Assembly: GCA_036172245.1 (NCBI GenBank)
Contig: JAYWIR010000084.1
Location: forward strand, 124,001-188,000
Source: Raillietiella orientalis
Taxonomy: Eukaryota
Direction of reading: 5' to 3'
Length of the DNA: 64,000 nucleotides
The notes below the pieces were generated by a model. The model was given only the letters and a program-made list of their open reading frames with translations, was not told where the DNA came from and did not search any database. The stretch's first letter is position 1, and every line of letters starts with the position of its first letter. Both the position numbers and the translations under genes were made by a program. This document shows, piece after piece, positions 33,501 through 47,961 of this stretch.

Positions 33501-35269
33501 CATCATCTTCGTGATCAATGTGAATTTTACGCGGAAGGTTCCAAAACCCTTGTCCCACGGTATCCAAAGTGTTTGGGAAAAAATGGTGACGTAGAAGAAT
33601 GACGTCAGCATGTACGTATGTGGCACCACCGATACATCTTTGTTTCTCTTATTCGTCCTTTCTTTGCACTGTACACCGACAAGGGGGCAGTCCCTTGAAG
33701 AACGCAACGTGGCAGGGCCACGCGCCCTACCACGATACTTGGAAGTTCCATAAACGGTCCGACGTGAGCGATGGGGTGGCTAAGGAAGGGACACGGTGGT
33801 CCAATTCCACCAGGCGCATCCCTTGGAACGCGGCCAGAGTGGAATTTGAGGGTCGCCAATAATTCCGCATTTTGCGTCCCAGGAATTGGTCGAGCCCTTG
33901 TCGCGAGTTCCCTTTTCTGAACCTCGAAGACGTGGTGCTGCTTCTATTGCCTTCTATGCAACTTCTATCTTTCAAACCACCCTAAACGGGCGAATACGTT
34001 GTGAATACGTCCATTCTCATGAGCTGCAGCTTCCGGGTGGAATGTTAAATATTTTTGATCGCAGCAAACGCCGACAAAAGGTCTCTTCGCATTTCGAATG
34101 CATACTGATGGCCAATACATAAATATTCACTTCAGGTACTGAGGAAGAATTGCAGTGAGGAGTCTTTTACTCAGATCCGGTCTGCAAGAACAGATATTTG
34201 GATGCGCTCAACGCATCAAGCGGAAGCTTTCCTCCGGGAGAAGGCTTCTCCCGGCACGTCACTGCGACTTGGAGGAAGGAAACAGGAGGCCCTTCGAAAT
34301 TTGGGCTGGGAAACCCCAACGACAGAGAGATTCCCATTTCTACAGGAGAGTTCTGTTTTTTTTTCCTTCCCTCGTATGGAAGTGCAGCGTGAGGATGAGT
34401 ATGCGGACAAATGCATTCGTATTGTATGTACCCAAATATTGCTGCATTTGTGCTGATGAGAGCTCCCTTTGATTTCCTTTCCGCTGGCTTCACGGTGGAC
34501 TATTGAAATTAGATGGGGACAGAAAGTGCGTGTCTTCTATAACTCGCATTCCAACGTGCAATTTGCATGGATTCGCTTAGCAACCTCATCACCGAGCATG
34601 TCAGCCCTCAGGAAATTTTGTTGCAGAGCAGTATAAGGAAGAACAAGGTCGCCAATCACAGGCTGCCTCGATAAATCGCGAACGACATGGTGAAAAGCGA
34701 AGATGCTTGCTGATGTGAAAAGGTTGACGTGTAAACATCACTCCTGTCACAGAGGCACAGCATCTGTTTTCTTCTTGAGCATCGCTGGTGCCTTCCGTGT
34801 CGGTCTCTGCAGGCCTAATGGGAAAGGGGGGGGAAAAATTAATTCGAATTTTAACAAGGACGCATATGCGAAAACTTTGCCTTAGGACGGAGCTTGTAGC
34901 CTTTTTTGTGTGTGCTGGAGAAAAAAAACGTTATCCTTCCTTTGCAATCGCCTCAAATTTGCTGATGAACCAGGAAACAAAGTTCCTTTTCCATCTGTGT
35001 CTGCGGAACCAATCAGAATTTGTCTCCACTCTGACTGATGTTTCAAGTCTTGTCTGCTCCTGCCATTTCCTGTGGCGTCGAAGAGGACTAAAAAGACTAC
35101 AGGCCAAGGAAACAACCCGCCGACCTACAGATTCGACTTTGAACATGCCCCGATATCGTGGGAAGCTCTGAGCCTCAACGAATGACCAGGTCAGAGATCA
35201 CCTCTTTCAAACCCTGGCCATATGCTGTTTCAACCCTGTTGCATGCGCTGCCACTCAAAACTGTACAGA

Positions 35270-36220
35270 CGCAGGAGGAAATGTTGCTTTACGCCCGGCA
35301 CACATGAATTCAGTGACACTTGAGCACAAATTTAGGTTGCTTCGCGCTCCTGCACCTTCCTAAAGTTACGCGCTGAAAAATCAGTGTTGCCATACGCATG
35401 GCAACAGTGATTTCAACGGGCGAACAGTGATACAACCGATTCCAAACGTGATTTTTACGTCTTTTGCGTGGATGCGCCACACCGATGACCACCTTCTCAG
35501 CTGATGACTTTGCAACTCGCAAGCTACTTGCAATTACGGACGCCTCACTTTGCAAACTATAAATTCGTTATTAGAATTGATGACAGTGATCCTAATGCAG
35601 TCATCAATGCGAGTCTTATTCCGAGTGAAGAGAATACTAAGTGAAGACGTCGTTGGAGTCACTGATCTGGAAGTTTCCAGAATCGGTCTCAGGAAATGCC
35701 CCTCCCACGCAACACCCATTACATCCAAAGGAACAAGTGTGAGCAGAAGTTTATGAGGCCAACACTTTTCGGCGGCGTCAATCATGCAAATGAGATTTCT
35801 GTCATTGCTGTTGACACTTGGAAACCCAGTCCTCAAGGCGATTTCGGATATCTTTTCTCGTGAGCTTGTCTGTATGGAGCGAAACCTCAATCTGCGAACA
35901 ATCATCAGTCAGTGCCGCATCATTGCACATTGCATTTCCTCCATCACGAATGGGCCGAATCGAATGAGAGCAGTCATTACCTGCACCTTACCTTCGAAAT
36001 GTCCACCTGCACCCGACACGTCGTTCTGTGTTTGCTTCGAAAATTAAGGCCATCACTCGTCTGGGGATCCGGGGCACGGAAGGATAGCACGAGATGCAGG
36101 GAACCATTGGACGTCGATGGCTTCTGACACGCGTGACGCCCACCCTCAAGAATTGGAGAAATCATTTGCTGTTGGGCAGAAATAAAAGGTTATTTGTGGC
36201 TTTCAAAAATCCGAAACACG
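35270..36220 (-). pseudogene. Highly decayed, apparently intronless DEAD-box helicase (eIF4A-like) pseudogene
   Basis: Colinear eIF4A-like segments: SAQQQMISPILEGGRH (Q motif), MIVRRLRFRSIQ...EIALRTGF (cf. MIRRRSLRTRAIK...EML..GF), LLLTLVPLDVMGV...FLRPI (cf. LLSATMPSDVLEV...FMRDPI), FIVCKVRR (cf. IFCNT.R) and VEIT...QRVTL (cf. VLIT...QQVSL). Catalytic motifs are eroded. Confidence 0.5.
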
Positions 36221-39200
36221 TTGCGTGTTTTTCATTGCCGCGTTTCGGTGCGCCCCATGTTTCTTTGGATGCTATTCTCCGGATCTGGAAGCAGAATGCT
36301 ATGAAAGTGGCTTAGCTTACAAAGTGTTCTTCCTCTGCTGCCGCGTGTTTAGGAGGAAAGCAAGGAAGTGTCATCCGTCCCTGAGCTGCACCCCTGTGGC
36401 TCAGCCACCAGCAAATTAAAGGATTTTTCCATTTTCTCTCTGTGTACGCAACTCGCAAGATCTTGTGGGTGGCTGATCGCTCTAACCCTTTGCACTCCAC
36501 TGGCTCCTCTGAGGTAACATTCCAAATGAAGACCACAGATCCACTGGCTCCGCTGAGAAGACATGCATCGTGTCGATGAGTTAGAATAGGGGTCAGAGTT
36601 ATGTGTTATTCACATTGCAGACGAAAATGCGCCACCCTTTCGTTGACATGCAAAGTGAGTGCAAACGAGTGCTGTGATCGCTCACAGTTCCCTTCTACAG
36701 ATCACTGCTCTGCAGACGTTGTACAGTGAGGGGTTGCAATTCTGATTTATTAAAGTTTGCTTTCGAACAGGACCTCGGCTTTTGTATAAAAGTTGCTCTC
36801 CCACTGCCATCAGTCAGTTGCAAAGCAATTTACTAATGATGGATAAAGAGGAGAGGGATTATGAAAATTTTGAATTGTGTGAAAGTGAAGAAGAACTTCA
36901 TTTATTACCTAGTTGATGATCATTTAACTGATGTTGCATCTGAAGATAGTGCAAGTCATGATGATTCTGGAATTCGTTCTAGCGTTAACGAAATTATTGG
37001 AAAATGGCGGCGGAGAATCGGAATTATTGAAAGTAAAAACTCTTTCGGAAGAACAGTTGTTCAAAGGTGCGGACTTCCCTGTTGGGGTGTCCCTCCGAGT
37101 CGTCGCCTCTTCACAGAGTGTGTACAAAGGAAAGAAGCTAAGCGAGAGCGATTCCCTGCGGGAAGCTGCAGCGCCCCTTCTAAGTTTCGGAAGCGTCCCT
37201 TCGGGGTTCTCTTCAGAGGAGTGAACAGTAAGCTGAATTTAAGTCGATCGACAGAATGGCAATAACGATAAGGAACGGACTGTCGTTTGAAGTCTAATGC
37301 TCCTGGTGTTTTGTGACCAACAACAAATTCTGATCCATTGGGCAACGTAGGGACACAGCAAGGCCAATACTTTCTAGTAGGGCAACAGGAAACATAAAGT
37401 CCGATACGAAATGTTTTGTGTAGGCATGATTCTAGACACCACACCAGAAGGAACGCTAACTGTGATGTCTCTAAAAATAGGGCTGTAAGTTCTTGAAATC
37501 ACGAGAAAGATGTCGCTGAGAATTGTAAAAAGCGAGCCACTTTGTCACGTAGAAAGGGTACAAGTGTACTTATGTGATATAAAAACTGTAGGTACGGGGC
37601 GAAAGCTCCGAATTCAGAGATCGCTGTACAGAAAACAAGAACCGTCATCGAGTAAATGCTTACAATGAAGGATCTCATTTGTCGACTAAAAGCACTTTAC
37701 CATCGAGGTCATGAATATATCCTTCATGTTGAGAATCGTATTTAGCAAAGCAGTGATAATCCCAATTTCGTACTAATGGATTAGAAGGATAGTAATGGCT
37801 TTATTGCTTTGATCATTGGGGTTGCACGTGGAAGAAACTCTGAATAACTTTGCTGACTGTTAATAAAATGGGTTGGAAACAATTTGGTGCTATTAAAGGA
37901 ACAGCACAAAGGGAACAAAGTAGCACAGTACAACACGTAGTATTTTCTGACTTGTAAAATAAGTGACCTAAATCATTTTTCTGTTCATCACTGTTTGATT
38001 ATCAGTTACCATTGGTTGATGCATGAGACATGCTGGTTTTACCACTTGATTTGAAAATCCCAAAGAGTAACGATGATTTCAGGTTTAGAATTGAAATTAT
38101 TACTAATTCTCCGCAGCAGCATGACTTCTTCAGGAGCTACTATCATCAACTGTGCATAGAGATATTCCCTCATTTATGAATTGAGAAATCTTGAAATTTC
38201 ATCAATTGCTCAAACAGTAACATGTATTCTGCAGAAAGCTATGAGAAGCAATTACCCAAATAATCAGCATTCACAATTAATGCACATGCTACATGGCATC
38301 AAGTTGAAAGAACCGATGGCAACCACATTTGAAACATTTGCATGACCGGCTGAGCTAGAAGTGACTGTAATGACATCTTCCTAGCTCATTATCTTATCCT
38401 TCCTCAAATCAACCATTCTTCTCACTGGTTTCTGTTGCCTTCATTCTCTTCAGGCTCCTCATTCACCTAAAAGCAAATTTCAATAAAAATCACTTTGCAT
38501 TACAATATCACAACTATGGCAAGAATTTCCACCAATTTACTTTTCCCACAGTTTCATCTCTTTCTAACTTGAAATTTGCTCCCCTCCCACACCTGAAAAG
38601 CTTCACATTCATATCATCTCAAATCACTTCTCAAAATGGTCTTTCAACTTTGGAACTATTCTTTTCACACCTGAAACTTCATTCAACTAAAAACCCTTTT
38701 GATCAAGTGCCTGCAGGATCTAAACATTGCAACACAATCTTCTTTGAACTATGCACTTAGAGAAGATGATCTCATCTCGCAAAATCAGAGTAAGAAAGCA
38801 AACCTTCACAGATACCTAGCAGATTTGCATGTTCTAATTACTACCAATTACCACCAAATTCGTATGCATCTGCATGTGGACCAGCAGTCCCTGAACTCAG
38901 CAGAAGGCACGCTTCTGTGATACTTTCACCAGGAGCAAGCAAGTTGCATCAATCAATAACTGGATATCTGCACATGAGAAAAAAGTTAGATACCAAATGT
39001 ATGCATGCTCCCAGAAAACCCAGAACACCCTGCTGTACAAGACCTTTCCTGATAACCACTGCTGGATTTCTACTGTGTTGCTAAACAAATTTCAACCGAT
39101 CCACAATTACGAATTCCCGGATTCAGAGGCAATCGAATCTGGCAGCATAATATGCAAACAATCATCCAAATGTATCCGGCAAACGCACTTGTACATTGGG

Positions 39201-42200
39201 AACATGGCAGCTGTATGGAATTTTGAATAGAGAAAAGTAGTCTTTTCTCTCCAGTGATTCCAACTGTTTATTTACCACATGTCGTCAACATACTTATAAA
39301 AATAATATGTTAATTTTCTGTGGATGCCAAAAATGCAAAGCAAGTTGGAGTACGTCCAGGAAAAGCATACCATAAAAACGGCTTTACATTCGGTTAGCTG
39401 CACACCAGCAGTGCAGAACGGCAGTTTTCTTGGACTCACTCAACGCAGCTGCATTACCTGACAGGCAGAAACCAAACACATGGCTAAGTAGCAAGAAAAT
39501 TGGCGCGGTGCTGTGCTCTCCACTTTTTCTACTCATTTTGCCAACGGGTAGCAACCGTTTCACACCGTGGGAATGCTTGCTCTGCGCCGTTGCCCTTCTT
39601 CACGCTCTTTTCCTGCACCTTTTACCCGACGCTGCTTTCTCATCACCAGCGTATGGACTTTCTACGAGATTACCTCGAATGACCTCGAAAGTTTTCCCTT
39701 CATGTTCGAAACTTCCTCACCCTTCCTGCGATCGCACGCGGGTTCTCGAGATGCAACAGTGCTCCCAAGTGCTTCCGCATTGCCTGGGCGCAGATGGGAC
39801 GCAAACGTGCCCACTCTGACACTCTCGGGAGTCCGTTCGCGAAAACGGAACGACATCTTCACATTTTTAACATCTGACACATGCCAATGTTTCATCTAGC
39901 AGAACGGTCGACGTCCTCCTTCTCGATTGCTTTTTCTGAATTCCTCTTGCAGAGTTTCCTCATATCCGGCATCGGTTGGAATGAGCAGGAAACACTCCTC
40001 CCCGAGCGAGGAGCGGCGCCACGAAGTTCTGATGCAGCAATCAGTTCACACGCAAGCACATGCGGAACCTCTGTCGACAGAAGGCTTTTCCCTTTCCATT
40101 GTTCTTACTCTTCCATCTCTCCGTAATGACTTCTGGTAACATTTGTTGTTGCGAAAGGTTGTTTTATTTTTCAGACAACCAGCCGACGGACACAAACCCA
40201 AACTTCGGAACACGAATTACACCTTCCGCGAACAGCTACTGTTGACATTTCGGCAAAACCTATTTCTGGGCAAGCAATTTGTAACCGCTTTAGAAGCGAG
40301 ATCTGTTCGCAAGACCTTTTGTAAAAGTGTTTCTTCAAAAGCAAAGCGCGTATTCCGGTTCCTTGGAACTGCTTGTTCCTTGGCACTGCTTAGTTTCATT
40401 AGAGATGCCAGAAAGTCTTCCTACTCCTTCTGGTGGATCGTGTCGTCCTTTCGTTCACCTCTGAATTCTGCTTCATGCTTTGACGGCATATAAAGGATGC
40501 ACCGCCTTCAGATTTTACGTAGCATACATTAGTCTTTACTAGATTCACTCATTGGTTTATCAGTAGGGTCGTGAAGCCTTCTTCAATAAGAGGAAGGATA
40601 GTTGGTGGAACTCCTCCAATTTGTTTATTATCATGCCAATTGGAGTTAAAAACTGCATCACCTATTGTGGGATGGAAATCTTTTCGAACCATTCACATCT
40701 TTGCTGCATATCAAGGAAATCAGAAACCTCGGAATTTTCCAAGTCGTCAAAAGCGTCCACGTGAACCGCATACCCGACGGAAAGAGAACGCTCTTTTTGC
40801 GAAAGTTCAATCCGAACCTGCTTGGTTTCCTGTTTTCATGAACGAACGATCACCCAACTTTTTCGCGCTGAAATTTGCTGCCAGCTCTTTTTGAGGCAGT
40901 AACCGGTTTAACCACTTTAAATGGTAAAACAGTTTTGCTGGGAATGAATGCAGACTTCGTGTTGTTCACAAGTTGACCACCTCAGAAGCTCTTACGGCTT
41001 CTCCATGAGCTCCACAAAAACCTTTGCAATGCTGCTTTGCTTGTATCGCCTTGAGTTCTTATCGTCTTTTTTCTTGCATCTTAAACTGTATTCCCCCGTG
41101 AGGAGTTCCAGCTCCCCGCTCTTCGATAAATTCAACGGTGACAGGGCTCGCGCGATTCGAAACAGTTGTTTTGACTACTATTCTCAGACTTTCCTCAGCT
41201 GCTGTGCTCTTTTTTATGCAGAAATCATATGCGCTCGCCAGCTGCGTTCGCTCTCCAGTAGAGGCGGCCATGGCTCTACGGAGAGTGTCTGCTTCTCTTG
41301 CTAACATTTATTAGGTATGCAGATATTCAGTGAACGCCTCGCAACGGATTCCATGGGGTAGCAACAGAACTTGCACGCACACCTATATTGGTGGTGGCAT
41401 CTCCTAGTGATACTGAAAACACGCCACTCCTTAAGCGCTGCATGAATATTAACACTTTCAACAAGGTGACAATGTAATGTGACATCAATAAATAGTATTG
41501 AAATTTGGGAAAAGTGCGTGAAGGCGAAACGATTTACCATGTAAGAGAAATTACATAGTGAGGAGTGGAGATGGTGAACTTGCGAAATTCAGATGGTCTG
41601 CTTGAAAGTTCCTTTTATTTTGCACAGCATTTTGTTTTCAGCTGCGCTTCAAGAGATAACATGAGATTGTTTGTTTGTCTGTACGATTTCGTTGACGACT
41701 ACAGGAGAAAAAAACCTGGACCGAACAAGGCTTTGCATTTGCGAATTGACTATGCGGAGAATGCTGGAAACAGTTTGAGATCCGATTAGTAACTAGTCCA
41801 TGCAGTAGACTATAATGCCTGAAATTCACACATACATACATACAGATAGTGAAACAGATAAATATGCATTGTTGGAGTGGAAAAGTTGTGGACTTGGATT
41901 GCCAACATTGGCTTGCCCACTGATTTACGAACGGCGAGAATAAGTTTTTATTGCGTTGAGAATTGCGAAGAGAAGCGGCAAGTCCAGTGCAGAGGAAAAT
42001 TCCACGTCTCAAGCTCTCTGCTGTTTCTCCGGAGAAATAGGTGCTTCTCCGGCAATTACTGTCACACCCAACAGGAATGCAAAGAGTTGATGGAAATTAG
42101 AAAGCTAGCTGTGCATCTATTCGGCTTTAGACATGCTGGCTCTTGGACGATGCAGAGTTCGTGACCACTAAATAAAACTTTACTTTTGGAACACGGAAGA

Positions 42201-44204
42201 GAAGGAAACTTGCAGCTGTTTACAGAGCCCTCCAGCGGAGACAAGTGTGGTTTTCTCAGATTGAAAAACACCTTGAACATTCGAAGACATGCGATGAGCT
42301 GCTCGGTACCTCGTTCCAGTCACTTCCTCCGCATCCGGGGATGCATGTCGTCCGCAGATCTCCTCTTGCTGCAAGTAGTTCCTTTCAGCATCCGGTCAGA
42401 GAGATCAACACCTATAAGATTCGAACGGCAGTAGAAGCGTCACTCCATCTGTCCTAAAGAATCACCCAAGCAAAGGGCCTGAAAAATTGAAAACTTTCAG
42501 CAAGATATCCATAGTTATTAGTTTCCAGAATTGCAAGGGATGGGGATACATTGATCAGCAGTAGTGATGTACCCGATCGAATCCCATAGAACAGGGAGAA
42601 CGCGCAGCAGAAACTCATCGACTTTTCATTACTTGCAAAGGAAACCCCTAGAACTTGCACTTGCTAGATGGAGCGCGCTACAGAACGACGGCAGTCAAAA
42701 GAGGAATCCCATGCATCACGCACGATGGCGTGGTCCACTTTCAAGGAAAACAAAAATGAATGTCGTTGAATTGCGTTAGGGACTGCGCAATCAGCATGCA
42801 TGCGGCACATGTTTTTGTGGTCCGCATTCGTGGCAGTGGTTTTGAACGTTGAAGCCTCCGCTTGCTCCCTTCGATATGCAAGGTTCTTGTGCATGCATGA
42901 TCAGAAGTGCTCTTAGCATCCAAAGCTACAATGCTTCTCGTAGGAAAGCACTAACTTGTTACAGGAACCAAAGCTAAACTCTCTTCTTAAAAACCATTTT
43001 GCAATCGAGATAGGCTCTCATCGTGACTCGCTCCGTTCAGCTCGTTCTTCTCTGTCTACTCACACAGTGCTAATGGGTAATTATTATAATTAATTGGGGA
43101 GCAATAACAGACTGTTCATTGCCTCCAGATGGCAATCATTCGTTCAGAAATTTTCGTCACATGTATGCCTGAGTCAGTAGACAGCTATGACACCCTGGAA
43201 ACGTTCGAAGACAGTTTATGTCACGAAGCTGTCTCGTTACTTGAAAAGAATCCCCGGGAGGAGTCCAGCGTCAGTCGACGGTGGCATTTCTCGCTTCTGC
43301 TATCAATCCCCGTTTTAAAAATTTATTTTCCGTGTGTTATTTCTCAATGCATCTAAGAAGTTGAACATATGAGGAAGGTGAGGGTGTGGGAAAACAGTCG
43401 TGTATTCTATATTGATCAATTCGGAAGATATAGATTGTGAGCAGATTCGTATCACTTGTTGCCTTCCAAAAGAAGTCCCAAAAATTCTATGAAACTCATC
43501 TTCATGAATAAGATTCCTGTGAACGCAACGGCAGTGCATTATAATGAAAAGCAAGTTTCCATGTTTCTCATTGAACTGAATTTGTTTCCTTGCATCGTAT
43601 CTAATCACAGATCACACATCATGATCACACATCAATATTAATATTGAGGAAAGTTAGTCTGAATTGTTGTATAGTGTTTGTTTTATGTTTTACAAATTAG
43701 GAATACATATGAATGAAAGCTGACCACATGTACTATAATATGCATATGATAAAATTAAATTCGTATTTTGCTAACAGCGCAGCTTAGTATTCCTGATTCG
43801 TACCTAAACATTCATTTTGAACGTAGAACGGTGTTTGCAAATAGCTGGAATTTGTGCATTTATGCTGAGAGGTATTTTACAAGGTGTGGTGTAGCTATAG
43901 GAAGTATTGCATGCTTTATAGATATTCGGTTTGCGTATTGGATCGATTAGTTGTAATTCTGTCTCTTTGCTGCAAATTTTCTTTCTTGGTGTGGCCGCCT
44001 TTTTTGCTTTGAATTTGTTGTTGTTCATTGTACACCTATTCTCGCGCGTTTGGCGTTTAATTTCATTTCATGTGAAAGCCAGAGTGTAATTTGTTAATCT
44101 GTGTTTTGGAATTTCAGCACAGTTTTTGGATGACCGGAATTTGGAAATCTTGGAAGTTCAAAAGTGGCTCAGTAGTAAGTAATATGCAGTAGACGTTTCA
44201 CGCA

Positions 44205-45704
44205 ATGGATATAAGATCGTTTTTCGGATCCAAAACGAATGTCTCGTCCAGTGTATCTGAGTGTAACGATTTCACAAAAATAAAAACAGAAGTCAGGAAG
44301 AAGAGAAAATCTGTTAGATGCATAGGTTCAGATTCTGAAGACGAGTTTCAAACAGATGTGAATGCACATGGTAAAAAGAATATTCAATAACACTTTTTCC
44401 GAAAAGATAGTCACTTCTGGGTTTAAGGCTCCTTTCATTGGTTCCAATGGAATCTGATGAGCTGCATGCTGTTTCAGTTGAGTTGACTGTGTGTAATTAT
44501 TACCATTAAATTAATACTCTGAATTAAAAAAAGGAAAGAATGTTTTGACATATGCTTTGACACATGCAAGATGTGATTAGTATCCAAATGAATGGTATTT
44601 TTGATTGTAACATTGTTTTGTATTGTGATGCTAACAGTAATTATATACACGTTTACCTTACTTATCTACTAAGTAGTCACTTTATGTGATTTGACAGTGG
44701 TGATGTTTTCTCACGGTAATTATGTTTTATATTGTAGGCAATCGAAGGAAGCTGATTGCATGCAAAAGAGCAAATAAATCTGCGGAGTCTTCTGAAACGC
44801 AGTTAAAATCAGTCACTGGTTCTGATTATTTTGATAGGAAACCCAGTAAGTGTATAGTGTCTCAATTCATGAAAGTAAGTTACAATCTTAGTACATCATA
44901 GGAAAATTACTTTGGATGTTGATCTGGATCCATTATGGAGTTGATGGTCTTTTTTAATTCATCCATCCAAAACTGGTGACGGAGCAGATTATGAAGAGCA
45001 AGAGCATTTGATGCCACAGTTCAGTTAGAAGGAAAAATGTCTTCAGAAAAACTAAAGGTGATTCAGGTTGGAGAAGGCATGCATATCGAAAACGCTTATT
45101 CATTCTCTTTCATTCAGATAAATCTTAGAAAAGAGTAGGAAAAACAAATGTGAACACAGTTAAACACAAACACTTGTTTTTCAAGAAAACTACTTCTGAT
45201 GGTGATTATAATTGAAAAATTCAGAATAGAAAGGATGGCTACAAACATGTTTGTTCAAGTAAGTGGACTGTTAGCTGATTTTCATACATTCAAATTGAAA
45301 TTTTGTTTTTAGGTGTATATGCAAAAAGTGATGATGGGGCTTACTTTGAAACAGCCTGATTATCTGAAGTTGATGGTATTGCTGGCAGTGAACATTGCTA
45401 AACTTATTCAGTTGATCAAGCTGATCCACATGCCTATTGCGTATGCAACGATCACAGGCATCGCAAAATACGCAGCCTGACCAACCATTGCTATGACTTG
45501 CGCTTTTCCCGTCCTCGGGTTGAGCAAATCAAGGTAAAAAAGGTGAATTCTGAACCTCAGGAAATAATTTGTCAGGCTGCGATGTTGTCTGTGTGTGCCA
45601 AGGAGGGCATCTCTGTGCAGCCAGATGTTCTGACTCAAATCATAATTGGTTCAAACGATGACATTCGCCAGATTCTGCACTACTTATTTCTGTGTTTTGG
45701 ATAA
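44205..45704 (+). pseudogene. RFC1: Replication factor C subunit 1 gene fragment with introns (internally deleted, frameshifted)
   Basis: Exon 44205-44370 MDIRSFFG...SDSEDE (GT at 44371) and in-frame exon 44738-44874 (LKSVTGSDYF). 45360-45704 gives EVDGIAG...CVCNDHRHRKIRSLTNHCYDLRFSRPRVEQIK, a 42-nt GT-AG intron (45534-45575), then AAMLSVCAKEGI...IIGSNDDIRQILH, which matches the RFC1 AAA+ region. BRCT, Walker A and the C-terminus were not found. Confidence 0.85.
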
Positions 45705-46299
45705 GAAAGATCTTATCCAAAACAATGAACCAGAATAAATGTACCATTCCTCTGGCAAAGATGGATATCCATCTGGTAGAAGAAACCTTGTTGCTTGAGG
45801 CCTGCAGTTCCAAATCGTTTTAGCTGGAGTTCCAAATTCAAAAAAGGGTGCCAGCGACGGCCATAACAATCATGGTGGGAAACAGTGGTAGGAGTGGAAA
45901 GTCACCACACACTACTGTTGACTACACCACAACTGTTGGGTCCTCTGCATGCTTTGCAGGATGCCAGCGACCTCTTCTGGCTGGCTTCCCAGGTGGAACC
46001 AGTTCAAGCCTTCCTACGGGAAGCAGATGGCAAAAAGGATGGCTCCCCTGTCTCGTGGACCACTCTCAGCTTGGTACCTTGTGGCAGTGGCACAGTGCCA
46101 TAATTGCGCCTGCATGCAACATGGCATCCCACACGAAGAGGAGCTTTAAAACCGGATGACAAGGGAGACCCGGAGGACTGCACAGTGATACGATATTAAC
46201 AAATAATACTGATATTACCTTTGATAATTTAATTCAATACTTTCGATGCAGGGGGCGGAAGAGGGGTGCTACGAACGTGTACCAAATTTTGCTTGAAGG

Positions 46300-47270
46300 T
46301 CGCCCCCCGAAAGGAGCAAAGGCATGAAAATGTCTTCTTTCGTAGTGGCTTCACTCATCACTAGGAAGGGAAATGCCTTGGAGGCGCTGCTTCTCGTGAG
46401 CAGCTGCCCCGATGAGGTGTGCACGGGAGGGAGTGGGGGAAACGAAAAGACAAAACAAAACACGGAAGTTCAGTTTAAAAATTTGGGGGTACAAAGGAGA
46501 AAAGAGATCATGGATTTCTTTCCGACGTTCTCAGCATCCTCTGTGGTATGCTGGCAACTTCCTCCCTTTGTCGCCTTCCTCACGAAGAAGCAGACGACTG
46601 CGATGATCTCGTCATTCGACTGACCTCTTTCGGCGCGGCTTCTCGCCTCCACGATCCCACGAAGGTGCCACGGAGCTGCAAGGCAAGCTGCAGACGACAT
46701 CCAGTCGCGCGTAAACAGGCACTGGGAAAGCTCTCTGCCGTTCCCCGTCGGGAGTGGGAGGGCTGCAGCGGAGCGTTCCCAGGCAACCAGGAGGACAGCA
46801 ACACGGTCCAACAGGAGGTGCGGGAAGGTTTCCCTTTCCCTGCAGCTGGCACAGTCTGAGGAAGCACTCCCTCTTGTCCAGTGATGGACTCGTGCGCTGC
46901 ATGGGATGGCCAAATACGATGCTTCTCTTCCGTCAGTGAAGTTTTCCCTTGCGACAAACGCCCTCACGCTCCTTCATGCTGACAGAAATGCGATTTCGAC
47001 TCAGATTCCTGCTTTTCAGCGAAACGCTTCTTCTCCCCCAACTTTCCTGACGCGTTTTTGCATTTGTCGTGCGCATAGGGCAGATAGGGCTCGGCTGCTC
47101 TCGCGAAAGCGAATTTCGGGCCGAGTGGGGTCAAGGCTCACTGAACTGATGCTATCCATCTTTTCGCCTGCCGGCTGGCTGGCATTACAGCAGGAGCGAA
47201 CCACATGAGTACGTTCGGTGTTTCGGATCTTCATCCTGGCGACCGAGTTGGGAACCCTCAGCAACACAAA
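46300..47270 (-). mobile_element. LINE 3' fragment H (ORF2 C-terminus and T-rich 3' UTR)
   Basis: ARVHHWTRGSASSDCASCRERETFPHLLLD aligns with the A/B/D C-terminus. A-rich tract at 46441-46465 on the + strand. Confidence 0.8.
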
Positions 47271-47961
47271 AACAATAGCTTTTTTCTAGCACGATGACAT
47301 GTCCGATAGCTTTATCGAGTGATCCATCAACCGTCACACGAATCACTCGTCTTCGTCAGCAAGTCGACTTTGATTGCAACTTTTGTAGGCTGGAGGAAAG
47401 ACCTGAGAGAAGGCGAGCTTGTGAGCGACCCTTTTTTTTTATATCTCTTATACCAGGAGGGGGTCCTTTCTGAGCCAGTCGATCAACCTGAATTAGGAGC
47501 CATCCCAATAACGCGTCTCGTTTCGATTCATAGATCTGCATCTAAGCCTCAAGAAAAATCTCGGTAGCATGGACAATGGAGTTCCTTCGGCGAACAGGCC
47601 TCGGTACAGCTGGTCAAGCAAAAAACCGAGCAGTTGATTGGATTCAAAAGAAACCCAACAGATTGGAAGAGATGTATGCAATCCCTAGGTGAAACAGGGA
47701 GAAACTGTTGTTCCTTGCAAAGATAGGGACTTCATACGTAATAGCAGATGAAGCAACACGGGAAAGATGACCCCACCGGAATAACTCAAGAACAGCACTG
47801 AACCAATTGCAGAGGACCAATCCCGGCGTGAAGTGATCTATTTCCTCCCCTGCTCTCCCACCAAAAACTTTCCCCTCCCTTTTTCAATTCTTCTTGTTTA
47901 TTTTTGTTTCGTTTTTCCCTTCTCCTTCGTCGCTGGACTACCAAGGACTCTGCGATCCTTC

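Noticed and set aside
39660..40050. MULE-like C..WHV peptide on the minus strand
   Set aside because: A single weak motif with no supporting transposase segments or TIRs.
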